NCBI GenBank assembly: GCA_963677435.1
Contig: OY781945.1
Coordinates: 288,001-352,000 of the forward strand
Direction: 5' to 3'
Source: an uncultured Aliarcobacter sp.
GTDB taxonomy: Bacteria; Campylobacterota; Campylobacteria; Campylobacterales; Arcobacteraceae
Length of the DNA stretch: 64,000 nt
The translations under genes were made by a program, and so were the position numbers. The notes under the pieces were generated by a model, which was not told the origin of the DNA, ran no database searches, and worked only from the letters and a program-made list of their open reading frames with translations. Shown piece by piece: positions 9,370 through 18,155 of this stretch (position 1 is its first letter; every line of letters starts with the position of its first letter).

Positions 9370-9880
9370 AATAATATACAAAAATGAAGAGATGGAATTA
9401 ACAGATGATTTTATCGACATTGGTTATATGGCTGAAAATATCGATGTAATTAAACTTAATGGTGAAAAATTCACAATTAAAAAAGCCAGCCCAAATAGAA
9501 ATATTCAAATATTTTTATCTTTTCCAAATTTTGATGATTTTAAAGAAGAAATTATAGCTTTTGATGAGTTTATAAATGGTGCTAAAATTGATATATATAC
9601 ATATATTATTTTTAATGAAAAAATTTATTTTCCCTATGAATTTAAAAAAATCATACCAGTATTTGATATAAATGAAGAGTTTGCAGAGATGTATGGAACA
9701 AAAATCGTAAGTGGTAGCTTAGAAAATAAATTAACAAAAGCTCTTTTTTTAATTGGTAAAGATGGAGCTATTTATCATATTGATATGCCTAATAACTTAG
9801 ATAAACCACTTGATTTAGAACGAATCAGAGTAGAATTAAACAAAGTTTATCAGTCATATACAGGAACTGGTTGTCATTAA
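9359..9880 (+). CDS. Thiol peroxidase (Tpx)-fold redoxin lacking peroxidatic Cys
   Basis: FAEMYGTKIVSGSLENKLTKALFLIGKDG resembles Tpx FG..YGVLI..GPL.GLLARAVFV; overlaps nifA stop. Confidence 0.65.
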   Translation: MKSKIIYKNEEMELTDDFIDIGYMAENIDVIKLNGEKFTIKKASPNRNIQIFLSFPNFDDFKEEIIAFDEFINGAKIDIYTYIIFNEKIYFPYEFKKIIPVFDINEEFAEMYGTKIVSGSLENKLTKALFLIGKDGAIYHIDMPNNLDKPLDLERIRVELNKVYQSYTGTGCH

Positions 9881-9884
9881 AATA

Positions 9885-11864
9885 TTAATCTTCCAACCAT
9901 GAACTTAAAGGTCTTGGTTTACCTAAAAAGTAACCTTGACCATAAGTTATCCCTAACTTTCTGAGTTCATCAACATCTTGTTTTGTTTCCACATATTCAG
10001 CAACAGTTTCTTGATTTTTTAAAGTTGCAATTTCTTGAATATATTTAATTACAGCCTTATCAGTGGGATCCGTATGCATATCTTTTACAAAACTTCCATC
10101 AATTTTAACAACATCAAAGGGCATACTTTTTAAGTATTCAAAAGAAGCCATTCCCGTACCAAAATCATCAAGGGCAAGACCTATTTTTTCACTTTTCAAA
10201 AATGAAATAAATTCATTTGCCTTATTAAAACTACCAATTGCCGAACTTTCTGTAACTTCTAATTCTAGCTTTTCCCATGGAAAATCAAAATGTTTTATTG
10301 CTTCTTTTACTTTTGTTTGGAAGTCAATATTATTTAAACTAGAACCTGCTAGATTTATATGAGCAGAGTGAAGTTTTTCCAGATGTTTTTTATCTTTTGT
10401 GACAATCTCAAGATAACTCCATAATACATGAATATCAATATCTGTCATAAGTTGGTATCTCTCCGCAGTTGGTAAAAAATCCAAAGGAGAAATAAATTTC
10501 CCATCTTTATCCCACATTCTAATCAATATTTCATAAGATATTTTGTCACTTTCATATTGTAAAGGAACAATATCTTGAGCAAAAAGTTCAAATCTTGAAG
10601 GTCCATTTCCCAAAGCTTCTTTAATAAATTTTGCAGTATCAAGTTCTACCGAAAATCTTTTTATATTTTCGTCGCTTTTATCAAAAATATGTGATTTATT
10701 TCTTCCACTTGCTTTTGCGGTATAAAGGGAGTTATTACTAGCTTTTAATAACTCTTTTAAGGTATATTCAAAGGCTTTAAAATGAACTAAAGAGATACAA
10801 GCTGAAATACTAAATGTTTCATTTTTATTTGAAAATCTAAAATCACTTAATTTTTCTAAACTTACTTGTAAAAAATCTTTAGAATCTTCAAAAGAAATAT
10901 TCTTTAATAAAAGAACAAAACCATCAGCATCCAATCTTGCAAAAATAGAATTTTCAGGTAGAAATGATTTATAATAAGTACTTATCATTTTTAAAAGTTC
11001 ATCACCAGTTTGATAATCAGCTGATTCATTAATAAGTTTAAATTGATCTAAATTAATATGAAAAAGAGCATAACCTTTTTCATTTACTGTTTTTAAAGCA
11101 AGTAAAAGTTCATCTTCAATAAAAAATCTATTATAAATATTTGTAAGTTGGTCATGGCTTGCATTAAATTGTAGTTGTTTTGTAGATAAAGATATCTGAT
11201 CCATTAGATTATTAAAACCACTAAATAACTCTTTTATCTCATTATTCGCACTTGTTTTAACTTCTATAATCTCATTTTTTGTAGGGTCACTTTTTCTCAT
11301 TGCATTTAAGAGATTTAAAAAAGGTTTAGTGTAACTTTTACTTAAAAATAGACTAAGAATTATTCCAAATATCAAAGCAAAAGGGAAAATTGCTAAGATT
11401 ATATATGTTATTTTTTCTTGTTTAATTTTAAAAGATGTTAAATCAACAGATAAAAGAGTTGAGCCAAACTCCTGATTATTTATGGTAATTGAATTTTTAA
11501 TTAATAGATGATTCTCTTTAAAAAGCGTATTGTTTTTATTTAGTTTTTCATTTATATTTTTAATATCCCCAAATTTATAAATAGGATTATTTGAATCATC
11601 AAATAAAACCATCGCATCAATTTTTTCAAAGGCAGATAGTCTAAAGTTTATATCTGAAAGCATATCAGCACTAGGAGCTAATAAATACTTTAATAAATCA
11701 TTATTTAAAGATTTAGTAATAGCATTTGCTTCTGTTATTGCATTTAGATTATTCTCTTCTTTTTGTATTTTTAATACAAAAAATAGTGTTGCAACTTCAA
11801 CAGCCATAACAATTAACGACATAAATACTATAAGTTGAACTTTTATACTAAATTTATTCCACAT
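9885..11864 (-). CDS. Membrane-bound GGDEF(degenerate)-EAL c-di-GMP phosphodiesterase
   Basis: Two TM segments; ARLDADGF in place of GGDEF; EILIRM, DDFGTG, EYVE, QGY intact. Confidence 0.9.
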   Translation of the reverse strand: MWNKFSIKVQLIVFMSLIVMAVEVATLFFVLKIQKEENNLNAITEANAITKSLNNDLLKYLLAPSADMLSDINFRLSAFEKIDAMVLFDDSNNPIYKFGDIKNINEKLNKNNTLFKENHLLIKNSITINNQEFGSTLLSVDLTSFKIKQEKITYIILAIFPFALIFGIILSLFLSKSYTKPFLNLLNAMRKSDPTKNEIIEVKTSANNEIKELFSGFNNLMDQISLSTKQLQFNASHDQLTNIYNRFFIEDELLLALKTVNEKGYALFHINLDQFKLINESADYQTGDELLKMISTYYKSFLPENSIFARLDADGFVLLLKNISFEDSKDFLQVSLEKLSDFRFSNKNETFSISACISLVHFKAFEYTLKELLKASNNSLYTAKASGRNKSHIFDKSDENIKRFSVELDTAKFIKEALGNGPSRFELFAQDIVPLQYESDKISYEILIRMWDKDGKFISPLDFLPTAERYQLMTDIDIHVLWSYLEIVTKDKKHLEKLHSAHINLAGSSLNNIDFQTKVKEAIKHFDFPWEKLELEVTESSAIGSFNKANEFISFLKSEKIGLALDDFGTGMASFEYLKSMPFDVVKIDGSFVKDMHTDPTDKAVIKYIQEIATLKNQETVAEYVETKQDVDELRKLGITYGQGYFLGKPRPLSSWLED

Positions 11865-11878
11865 TTATTATCTTCTTT

Positions 11879-12751
11879 TTATTTCTTTGATGGCTCTATA
11901 ATTGGTAAATTCAAATCATTTCCCCATTCTTTCCATGATGCATCATAATTTGTTACATCGTAACCCAATTCTCTTAAAGCAAAATAATTAGTTGAGGCAA
12001 TTTTTCCAATAGAGCAATATAATACAATTTTTTTATTTTTATCTAAATCTTTATAAATATCTTTTAATTCATTTATATCTTTTAATCTTGAAACAAATCC
12101 ATCATTTTTGATATTGTTTGAAGCTGGTAAACTTATAGCTTTTGGGATATGTCCAAATCTTTTAGCAGCAGATTCTTCTCCTAAATAAGATTTATATGAT
12201 CTTGCATCTACAACTATTTCTGATTTACTTTTTGTTGCAATTTGTGTAATAAATTTAGTAGCTAATTTTTGATTATCAATAGAAACAATATAATTACTTT
12301 TTTCAACTTTTGGAATATCTTTTGAAATTGCAAAGTCTTTATCTTTCCAATCTAAATAACTAGCATTTAAAAGTTTTACATTTTTGAATCCATAAACTTC
12401 CAATGCCCAAAAAAGCCTAGAAGCAGGGAAAAAACTTCCATCTCCATAAATTACAATTTTATCCTGCGTATTTAAACCTAATTCTTTAATAATATTTTGC
12501 ATCTTTGTTGGTTCTGTAATCTTTCCATCAATTGATTCATGCTCATAAGTTAAAGATGAGGGAAAACTCAAAGCTGATTTTATATGTCCATCTAAATACT
12601 CACTATTTACTCTTGAATCTATGATTTTGTAAGTAGATAAATCTTTTGATAACTCATCTAATTCAACTCTAAGATTTTGAGCATTTAAATTAAAACTAAA
12701 TGTTAATAAAATTAATAGGGCATAAACTATTCTTTTCATTGTTTCCTCCAT
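11879..12751 (-). CDS. Exported tandem-domain rhodanese/sulfurtransferase
   Basis: Signal peptide; GHIKSA, GHIPKA, active-site YCSIG, YDASWKEW. Confidence 0.9.
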   Translation of the reverse strand: MEETMKRIVYALLILLTFSFNLNAQNLRVELDELSKDLSTYKIIDSRVNSEYLDGHIKSALSFPSSLTYEHESIDGKITEPTKMQNIIKELGLNTQDKIVIYGDGSFFPASRLFWALEVYGFKNVKLLNASYLDWKDKDFAISKDIPKVEKSNYIVSIDNQKLATKFITQIATKSKSEIVVDARSYKSYLGEESAAKRFGHIPKAISLPASNNIKNDGFVSRLKDINELKDIYKDLDKNKKIVLYCSIGKIASTNYFALRELGYDVTNYDASWKEWGNDLNLPIIEPSKK

Positions 12752-12806
12752 TTATTGTATAGATACGATTTTAGCATTAATTTACTTTGAATGTACGATA
12801 TATCTT

Positions 12807-12824
12807 ATGGAATAATTCTTGCAT
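12807..12824 (+). promoter_or_regulatory. sigma54 promoter of the SIR2-like/clpX operon
   Basis: atGGaataattcttGCat, GG-N10-GC. Confidence 0.8.
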
Positions 12825-12855
12825 AGTATTCGTTAAATATTAGATAGGTCACATC

Positions 12856-13680
12856 ATGAACGATATAATAGAAAAATTAAAAAGTGGGCAATTAATTCCT
12901 TTTTTAGGGATGGGTGTATTTAAAGATACAAAAAACAGCGATGGAGTTCAGATTCCCTTTGATAGTGATTCAATGATATTAAGCCTTAATAATGGAAGGG
13001 CAATGAGCCCAAGACTTATGTATGAATATTCAAGAGCTGCCATGAGTTTAGAGCAAAGAAAAGGTAGAGAATTTATAATTCAAATGACTAATCACATCTT
13101 TACTTCAAAAGAGTATGAAATTCCTTTAACTTATAAATGGCTACAAAAAATCAAACCAAAATATATCATCGACACAAATATGGATGATAGCTTACAAAAA
13201 ATATATAGCGACTGTGAACACTTTTTAATCACAGGAGTATCAAGAATAACTGCTGATTGGGATAGATTTTTAATTTATTCTTTTGATGTAGCTACTAAAA
13301 CATATACAAGAATTGAAAAAGAAAAATTAAATTTGGATATTCCAATACTATTTAAACCTATGGGTTCTACTAAACCTGAAATGAATTTCATTATCTCAGA
13401 TGCTGATTTTGTTGATTGGTTAACTGAAGCTATGGGTGGTTATGCGATGCCTCCAATTTTAAAAGAACATAGAAAAGATAAAGAGTACCTATTTTTAGGA
13501 GTTGATTTTTCAAAAGATACTTTTAGAATGGTTGCAAATGAGATAACAGTAGATTTAAAAGGTGGTACATCTGTACTTGACAAAATAGAATTAACAAAAA
13601 AAGAGGATAAATTTATTAAAACTCACAATTTAACTAATTTAGATGTGAGTATTAATGAATTTATAAAAAGCCATGAATGA
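12856..13680 (+). CDS. SIR2-like (SIR2_2) domain protein, nif-associated
   Basis: LIPFLGMGV, IIDTNMD, LFKPMGS, ISDADFVD, YLFLG motifs. Confidence 0.8.
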   Translation: MNDIIEKLKSGQLIPFLGMGVFKDTKNSDGVQIPFDSDSMILSLNNGRAMSPRLMYEYSRAAMSLEQRKGREFIIQMTNHIFTSKEYEIPLTYKWLQKIKPKYIIDTNMDDSLQKIYSDCEHFLITGVSRITADWDRFLIYSFDVATKTYTRIEKEKLNLDIPILFKPMGSTKPEMNFIISDADFVDWLTEAMGGYAMPPILKEHRKDKEYLFLGVDFSKDTFRMVANEITVDLKGGTSVLDKIELTKKEDKFIKTHNLTNLDVSINEFIKSHE

Positions 13681-14926
13681 AAAATTTAATTGCGATTTCT
13701 GTGGTAAAGAGATTACAGAAGTAAAAAAAATATTCTCAAGTGAAGTTTCACACATCTGCGATGAATGTGTGACAATGTGTTCAAAAGTTCTTGAAAAAGA
13801 GCTTATAAAAGATAGTAAAAAAGAGTTCCAAAAAGGACTTAGCGTTCCTATTAAAATAAAAGAACATTTAGATGACTATGTAATTGGACAAGTTGAAGCT
13901 AAAAAAGTTTTAGCTGTTGCTTTATATAATCACTATAAAAGAATTGATAAACCAGTAGTTAAAAATGTTGAAATTGAAAAATCAAACATTATGCTTATTG
14001 GTCCCACCGGAAGCGGTAAAACACTTCTTGCAAAATCACTAGCACGAATCATGGATGTTCCATTTGCAGTTGCTGATGCTACTGCACTAACTGAAGCTGG
14101 TTATGTTGGAGAAGATGTTGAATCAATTCTTTCAAGATTACTTGCTGCTGCTGATTATGATTTAGAAAAAGCAAAAAGAGGAATCGTTTATATTGATGAG
14201 ATTGATAAAATCGCAAATAAAAGCGAAAGCTCAACAAGTGGAAGAGATGTAAGTGGAGAAGGAGTTCAACAAGGACTTTTAAAAATTCTTGAAGGTGCAG
14301 AAGTTTATGTTCCTGTAAAAGGAAGTAGAAAAAATTCATCTGCTGAAACTATTTTATTTGATACAACACATGTTTTATTTATTTGTGGTGGTGCTTTTGT
14401 TGGATTAAGAGAAGATGATACTCTAAAGAAAAATAAAAAAGCTCCTAAAATGGGATTCTTAAAAAAAGAGGACGAAGCCTTAGAAAGAAAGGCTATTGAA
14501 GCAAAAGAACTTATCTCTTTTGGTTTAATTCCTGAATTTATTGGAAGAATTCCAGTAATTGCTGAACTTAATAAACTTTCAAAAGAAGACTTGATTAGAG
14601 TTCTAAAAGAGCCAAAAAATGCAATTATCAAACAATATGAAATTTTATTTGAACTTGATGGAGTTGAATTAGAATTTACAGATGATGCTTTAGAGAGAAT
14701 TGCAGAAATAGCAGTTGAAAAAGATGTTGGAGCAAGAGGTCTTAGAGGAATTATAGAAAATATAATGCTTCCATTACAATATATTACTCCATCTGAAAAT
14801 AATCTTGAGAAATGTAGAATCACAAGAAAATACATAGATAAAGAAGAAGATGTTGAACTAAAATACAACGAAGATTCAAATGAAGAACCAACAAAAGAGA
14901 TTTTATTTAGAAAAATTGTAAATTAA
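13673..14926 (+). CDS. clpX: ATP-dependent Clp protease ATP-binding subunit, nif-associated paralog (ClpX2-like)
   Basis: Zn domain CDFC/CDEC, GPTGSGKT, TEAGYVGEDVE, DEIDK, RDVSGEGVQQ; no adjacent clpP. Confidence 0.93.
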   Translation: MNEKFNCDFCGKEITEVKKIFSSEVSHICDECVTMCSKVLEKELIKDSKKEFQKGLSVPIKIKEHLDDYVIGQVEAKKVLAVALYNHYKRIDKPVVKNVEIEKSNIMLIGPTGSGKTLLAKSLARIMDVPFAVADATALTEAGYVGEDVESILSRLLAAADYDLEKAKRGIVYIDEIDKIANKSESSTSGRDVSGEGVQQGLLKILEGAEVYVPVKGSRKNSSAETILFDTTHVLFICGGAFVGLREDDTLKKNKKAPKMGFLKKEDEALERKAIEAKELISFGLIPEFIGRIPVIAELNKLSKEDLIRVLKEPKNAIIKQYEILFELDGVELEFTDDALERIAEIAVEKDVGARGLRGIIENIMLPLQYITPSENNLEKCRITRKYIDKEEDVELKYNEDSNEEPTKEILFRKIVN

Positions 14927-14933
14927 GTTCATA

Positions 14934-14951
14934 ATGGAATAAATCTTGCAT
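14934..14951 (+). promoter_or_regulatory. sigma54 promoter of ferredoxin
   Basis: atGGaataaatcttGCat, GG-N10-GC. Confidence 0.8.
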
Positions 14952-14985
14952 CTATTTTATTATATTTTTATAAAAAGGATAAAAA

Positions 14986-15372
14986 ATGGCAGTTAGAATT
15001 ACTGAAGAGTGTATAAGTTGTGAAGCATGTGCATCTGAATGCCCAGTAGCAGCAATATTAGCAGATGGAAATGACAAAAATCCACAAGATGGGATTTTAT
15101 ATGTAAAACCAGAATCATGTGTTGAGTGTGTTGACCATGCAGATGTTCCAAGATGTGCAGAAGCCTGTCCAACAGTTGGTGCTATTGTTTGGGATATGCC
15201 TTATACTACTGATTTTAGTTCATATTACTTATCTGGCCATGAAAATGGAACTTATAAAATAAGAGAACACAAATCTAAAGGCTTAATGCTTCCAGAAGTT
15301 AAAGCTCAAAAATTTAGACCTGAGATTACAATGGCTAGCAGAGAAGCTAACGCAAACGTATCTGATTTCTAA
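14986..15372 (+). CDS. 2[4Fe-4S] ferredoxin, FdxN-type, with C-terminal extension
   Basis: CISCEACASECP and CVECVDHADVPRCAEACP motifs. Confidence 0.88.
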   Translation: MAVRITEECISCEACASECPVAAILADGNDKNPQDGILYVKPESCVECVDHADVPRCAEACPTVGAIVWDMPYTTDFSSYYLSGHENGTYKIREHKSKGLMLPEVKAQKFRPEITMASREANANVSDF

Positions 15373-15379
15373 TCATTAA

Positions 15380-15406
15380 GGTAAATATACTAAAAGTATA
15401 TTTACC
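15380..15406. terminator. Hairpin between convergent ferredoxin and YqaA genes
   Basis: ggtaaatatact-aaa-agtatatttacc perfect 12-bp stem. Confidence 0.7.
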
Positions 15407-15410
15407 GAAA

Positions 15411-15818
15411 CTAAACTATCCAAGCTAAAAATAAATATCTAGAAAACTTAGCAATTACAACTAAAATCAAAAATCTTTTAAAATCATACTTTAGCGTGCC
15501 AGCTATGAAAGTAATTGGATCACCAATTATAGGAAGCCAAGAAAAAAGTAAAGAAAATCCACCATATTTATCAAAATAGTATTTACTTTTTATGATATAT
15601 TTTTCTTTTATAAGATTCTTTTTTACTAAATACTCTTCACCTTTTAGTCCTAAAAAATAGTTTATTACTGCACCTAAACTATTCCCAAGTGTTGCTATAA
15701 ATATCAAAAAATAAAGATTATATCCTTGTTTAATATCATAAATTAATAAAGCTTCACTTCCTAGGGGAAATAGTGTTGCAGATATTAAGGCACTAAAAAA
15801 TAAAACTAAATATATCAT
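15411..15818 (-). CDS. YqaA/DedA family membrane protein
   Basis: SATLFPLGSE, GNSLG, LLFSWLPIIGDP, AKFSRY. Confidence 0.88.
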   Translation of the reverse strand: MIYLVLFFSALISATLFPLGSEALLIYDIKQGYNLYFLIFIATLGNSLGAVINYFLGLKGEEYLVKKNLIKEKYIIKSKYYFDKYGGFSLLFSWLPIIGDPITFIAGTLKYDFKRFLILVVIAKFSRYLFLAWIV

Positions 15819-16714
15819 CTTCTCTTTTTAAACCAAGAAGATGAAACTTCTGAAACAAATACCCCAAACATAATTACAAAACAAGCTACAAATTCAAAAA
15901 ATGATAATTTTTCATTCAAAACAAAGTAGGCTAATATCAAAGTAAACACAGGAATCAAATATATAAAAACAGCAGCTTTTGAAGCTGGGATTTTTGTTAA
16001 AGCATAATTATATAAACCATAACCAGCTAAAGTTACCACAACTCCTAAATAAATAGTCCAAAGAAATGAATTTAGAGTAAAATTCATAGGAATAGTATTA
16101 TATTCATATATGAAAAGTGGTGTGAAAAATATAGCACCTATAAATACCTGAATTGCAGTTATAAACAGTGCTGAATACTTACTACTTAAATATCTAGCAG
16201 TTATTGTATATCCTGCTCCACAAGCCATTGCTAGTAATTCAAAAAAATTCCCTAAAAGGGGATTCGGAGAACTAATTGATGTACTTCCTTGAAGACTAAG
16301 CCAAATAGCTGCACTCATGGCTATTAAAGAGCCAATTATAAGCTGCTTTGAAATAATCTCTTTTAAAAAATATCCAGCTGCCATAGCTGTAATTATAGGC
16401 ATTAATGAAGTAATCATACCAGCTTGAGATGCTGATGTAAGTTGTAATGCTTTTGATTCAAATACAAAATATAAACAAGGCTCAAATAAAGCCAAAAGTA
16501 GAATAAATTTTATATCTTTTTTTGAAAAATCATATTTTATAAAATCTTTTATAAAATAAACAAAACATAAGGATGCAAATACCATACGGAAAAATATAAC
16601 TGTAAAAGGTCCTAAATCTTCCATTGCAGCTTTTAGTGCAATAAATGAACTAGCCCAAATAAACATGGCAAATATTAACGATAAAATACCAATATAACTA
16701 AAATTTTTTGTCAA
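15815..16714 (-). CDS. DMT/EamA family transporter
   Basis: Ten hydrophobic segments, two EamA repeats (IWASSF, FLKE, VLNE). Confidence 0.9.
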   Translation of the reverse strand: MTKNFSYIGILSLIFAMFIWASSFIALKAAMEDLGPFTVIFFRMVFASLCFVYFIKDFIKYDFSKKDIKFILLLALFEPCLYFVFESKALQLTSASQAGMITSLMPIITAMAAGYFLKEIISKQLIIGSLIAMSAAIWLSLQGSTSISSPNPLLGNFFELLAMACGAGYTITARYLSSKYSALFITAIQVFIGAIFFTPLFIYEYNTIPMNFTLNSFLWTIYLGVVVTLAGYGLYNYALTKIPASKAAVFIYLIPVFTLILAYFVLNEKLSFFEFVACFVIMFGVFVSEVSSSWFKKRR

Positions 16715-16858
16715 ACTTTTATTCTCAACTTTCTATTAAAATCGTATTATACAGATTATTTTTCATAAGAAAATTAATTTATAATAAATTAAAGATTTTT
16801 AATGTATAATTCCAATCTCAAAAGAAAAGCATTGAGAATATATCTAAATATTTTGAAT

Positions 16859-16962
16859 GCTCTTCTTTAGACCTTTACAATTGTTATTTGAGATAACGCC
16901 CCAGGATGGGAACATAGCAAGGCACCTTACTTAGTAGTGTGTTTGGGTATCTGGAGAAGAGT
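16859..16962 (+). ncRNA. ffs: Signal recognition particle 4.5S RNA
   Basis: Domain IV motif CAGG-AUG-GGAA-CAU-AGCA (16902-16919); 5' gctcttctttaga pairs with 3' tctggagaagagt; TGTATAAT promoter at 16803-16810. Confidence 0.88.
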
Positions 16963-16983
16963 ACTTAGGTACTCTTTTTTTTT
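16956..16983 (+). terminator. Terminator of SRP RNA
   Basis: agagtac-ttag-gtactct followed by long T run. Confidence 0.85.
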
Positions 16984-16992
16984 GCTTATTTT

Positions 16993-17628
16993 TTAGATTA
17001 AATCTAAAAAATCTGAATTCAAAATCAACAATTTTTTTTCAACTTTATTATAAATAAATCTTTTATCACCAATTTTGATTCTATTTAATATTATTAATTT
17101 AATTTCTTGTTCTTTTTTATTATATCTTTTCATTAATACAAAAAAATCTTTTACAGTAATAAAATCATACAGAGGATTATCTTTTTTTTGATTTCTCAAA
17201 TTTGATTCAATTTGAGGTTTATAAATAGAGCGCATTTCATTAAATGCACTTTGCAAAAGTTTGATTTCTGAATTAAAAACTTCTATTATTCTTTTTTGAT
17301 TTTTTTCCAATCTAAAAATTTCTGAGATATACTGTTTTTTCATCCATTTCATTGATTTTTTTAATAACTCAATTTGTTCATCTTTTACATCAATAACAGC
17401 TTGAACAGCATCAAAAGAGGGCTGTTTTGTTGATGTTGTTTGAGCTTTTGGTTTAGCTTGAACTTTAGATTCAGGCTTATCAACTTTTTCATCTTCATCT
17501 AAATAAACAAAAGTTTTCCCATCTTTTTTAATAGATTTTAATTGTTCTTTTTTAATTCTATAATGTATTCCTTGTAAAGATAAGCCCAGTATTTCAGCAG
17601 CTTGTGAAGTTGTAACTAATCTTTCCAA
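16993..17628 (-). CDS. HTH (MerR/excisionase-like) plus coiled-coil DNA-binding protein
   Basis: VTTSQAAEILGLSLQGIHYRIKK N-terminal HTH; low-complexity linker; heptad-rich KDEQIELLK region. Confidence 0.75.
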   Translation of the reverse strand: MERLVTTSQAAEILGLSLQGIHYRIKKEQLKSIKKDGKTFVYLDEDEKVDKPESKVQAKPKAQTTSTKQPSFDAVQAVIDVKDEQIELLKKSMKWMKKQYISEIFRLEKNQKRIIEVFNSEIKLLQSAFNEMRSIYKPQIESNLRNQKKDNPLYDFITVKDFFVLMKRYNKKEQEIKLIILNRIKIGDKRFIYNKVEKKLLILNSDFLDLI

Positions 17629-17638
17629 GGTCTAAATC

Positions 17639-18022
17639 CTAAAATTTTGAGCTATCTATTTCAATAACTGTATGTACATTTCCTCTTGGTTTAAAATCTC
17701 CAACAACTTTCATCCATTTAGGCTCTAATTTTGAATATAAAGTATCAAAAATTTCATTAATAGAATTTTCATGAGATACTTCTCTATACATAAATGAATT
17801 AATATAAATTTTTAATGCTTTTAATTCTATAACTCTTTTATTTGGAGTATATTGCAATTTTATTGTTGCAAAATCTGGATAACCACTTCTTGGACATTTT
17901 GCCATAAATTCTGGTAACTCAATATCAATTATATAATTTTTATCATGAGCATTTGGCCAGAAATTTTCTTCTTTATTTATATCAAACTCTAATATTTCTC
18001 TTTCACCATATTTCATTTCCAT
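17639..18022 (-). CDS. queF: PreQ0 reductase (7-cyano-7-deazaguanine reductase)
   Basis: PEFMAKCPRSGYPDFA, ELKALK, SHE, PRG motifs. Confidence 0.95.
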   Translation of the reverse strand: MEMKYGEREILEFDINKEENFWPNAHDKNYIIDIELPEFMAKCPRSGYPDFATIKLQYTPNKRVIELKALKIYINSFMYREVSHENSINEIFDTLYSKLEPKWMKVVGDFKPRGNVHTVIEIDSSKF

Positions 18023-18155
18023 AATTTTTATAACCTTTTATAAATATAAATTTTAGGCATTTTAGCGAAAAAAGCCTTATAAGTGTTACAAATTGAATTA
18101 ATGTATAAAATCATGTATAATTTATTGTGAATCAAATTTAATATGAAAGAGAATT

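Noticed and set aside
12856..13680. SIR2 anti-phage defence system (Thoeris/DSR-like)
   Set aside because: No defence partners nearby; sigma54 promoter and nif/clpX context point to a nif accessory role
16817..16980. Possible 6S RNA or riboswitch
   Set aside because: The CAGG-nnn-GGAA-nnn-AGCA domain IV motif and length fit SRP RNA
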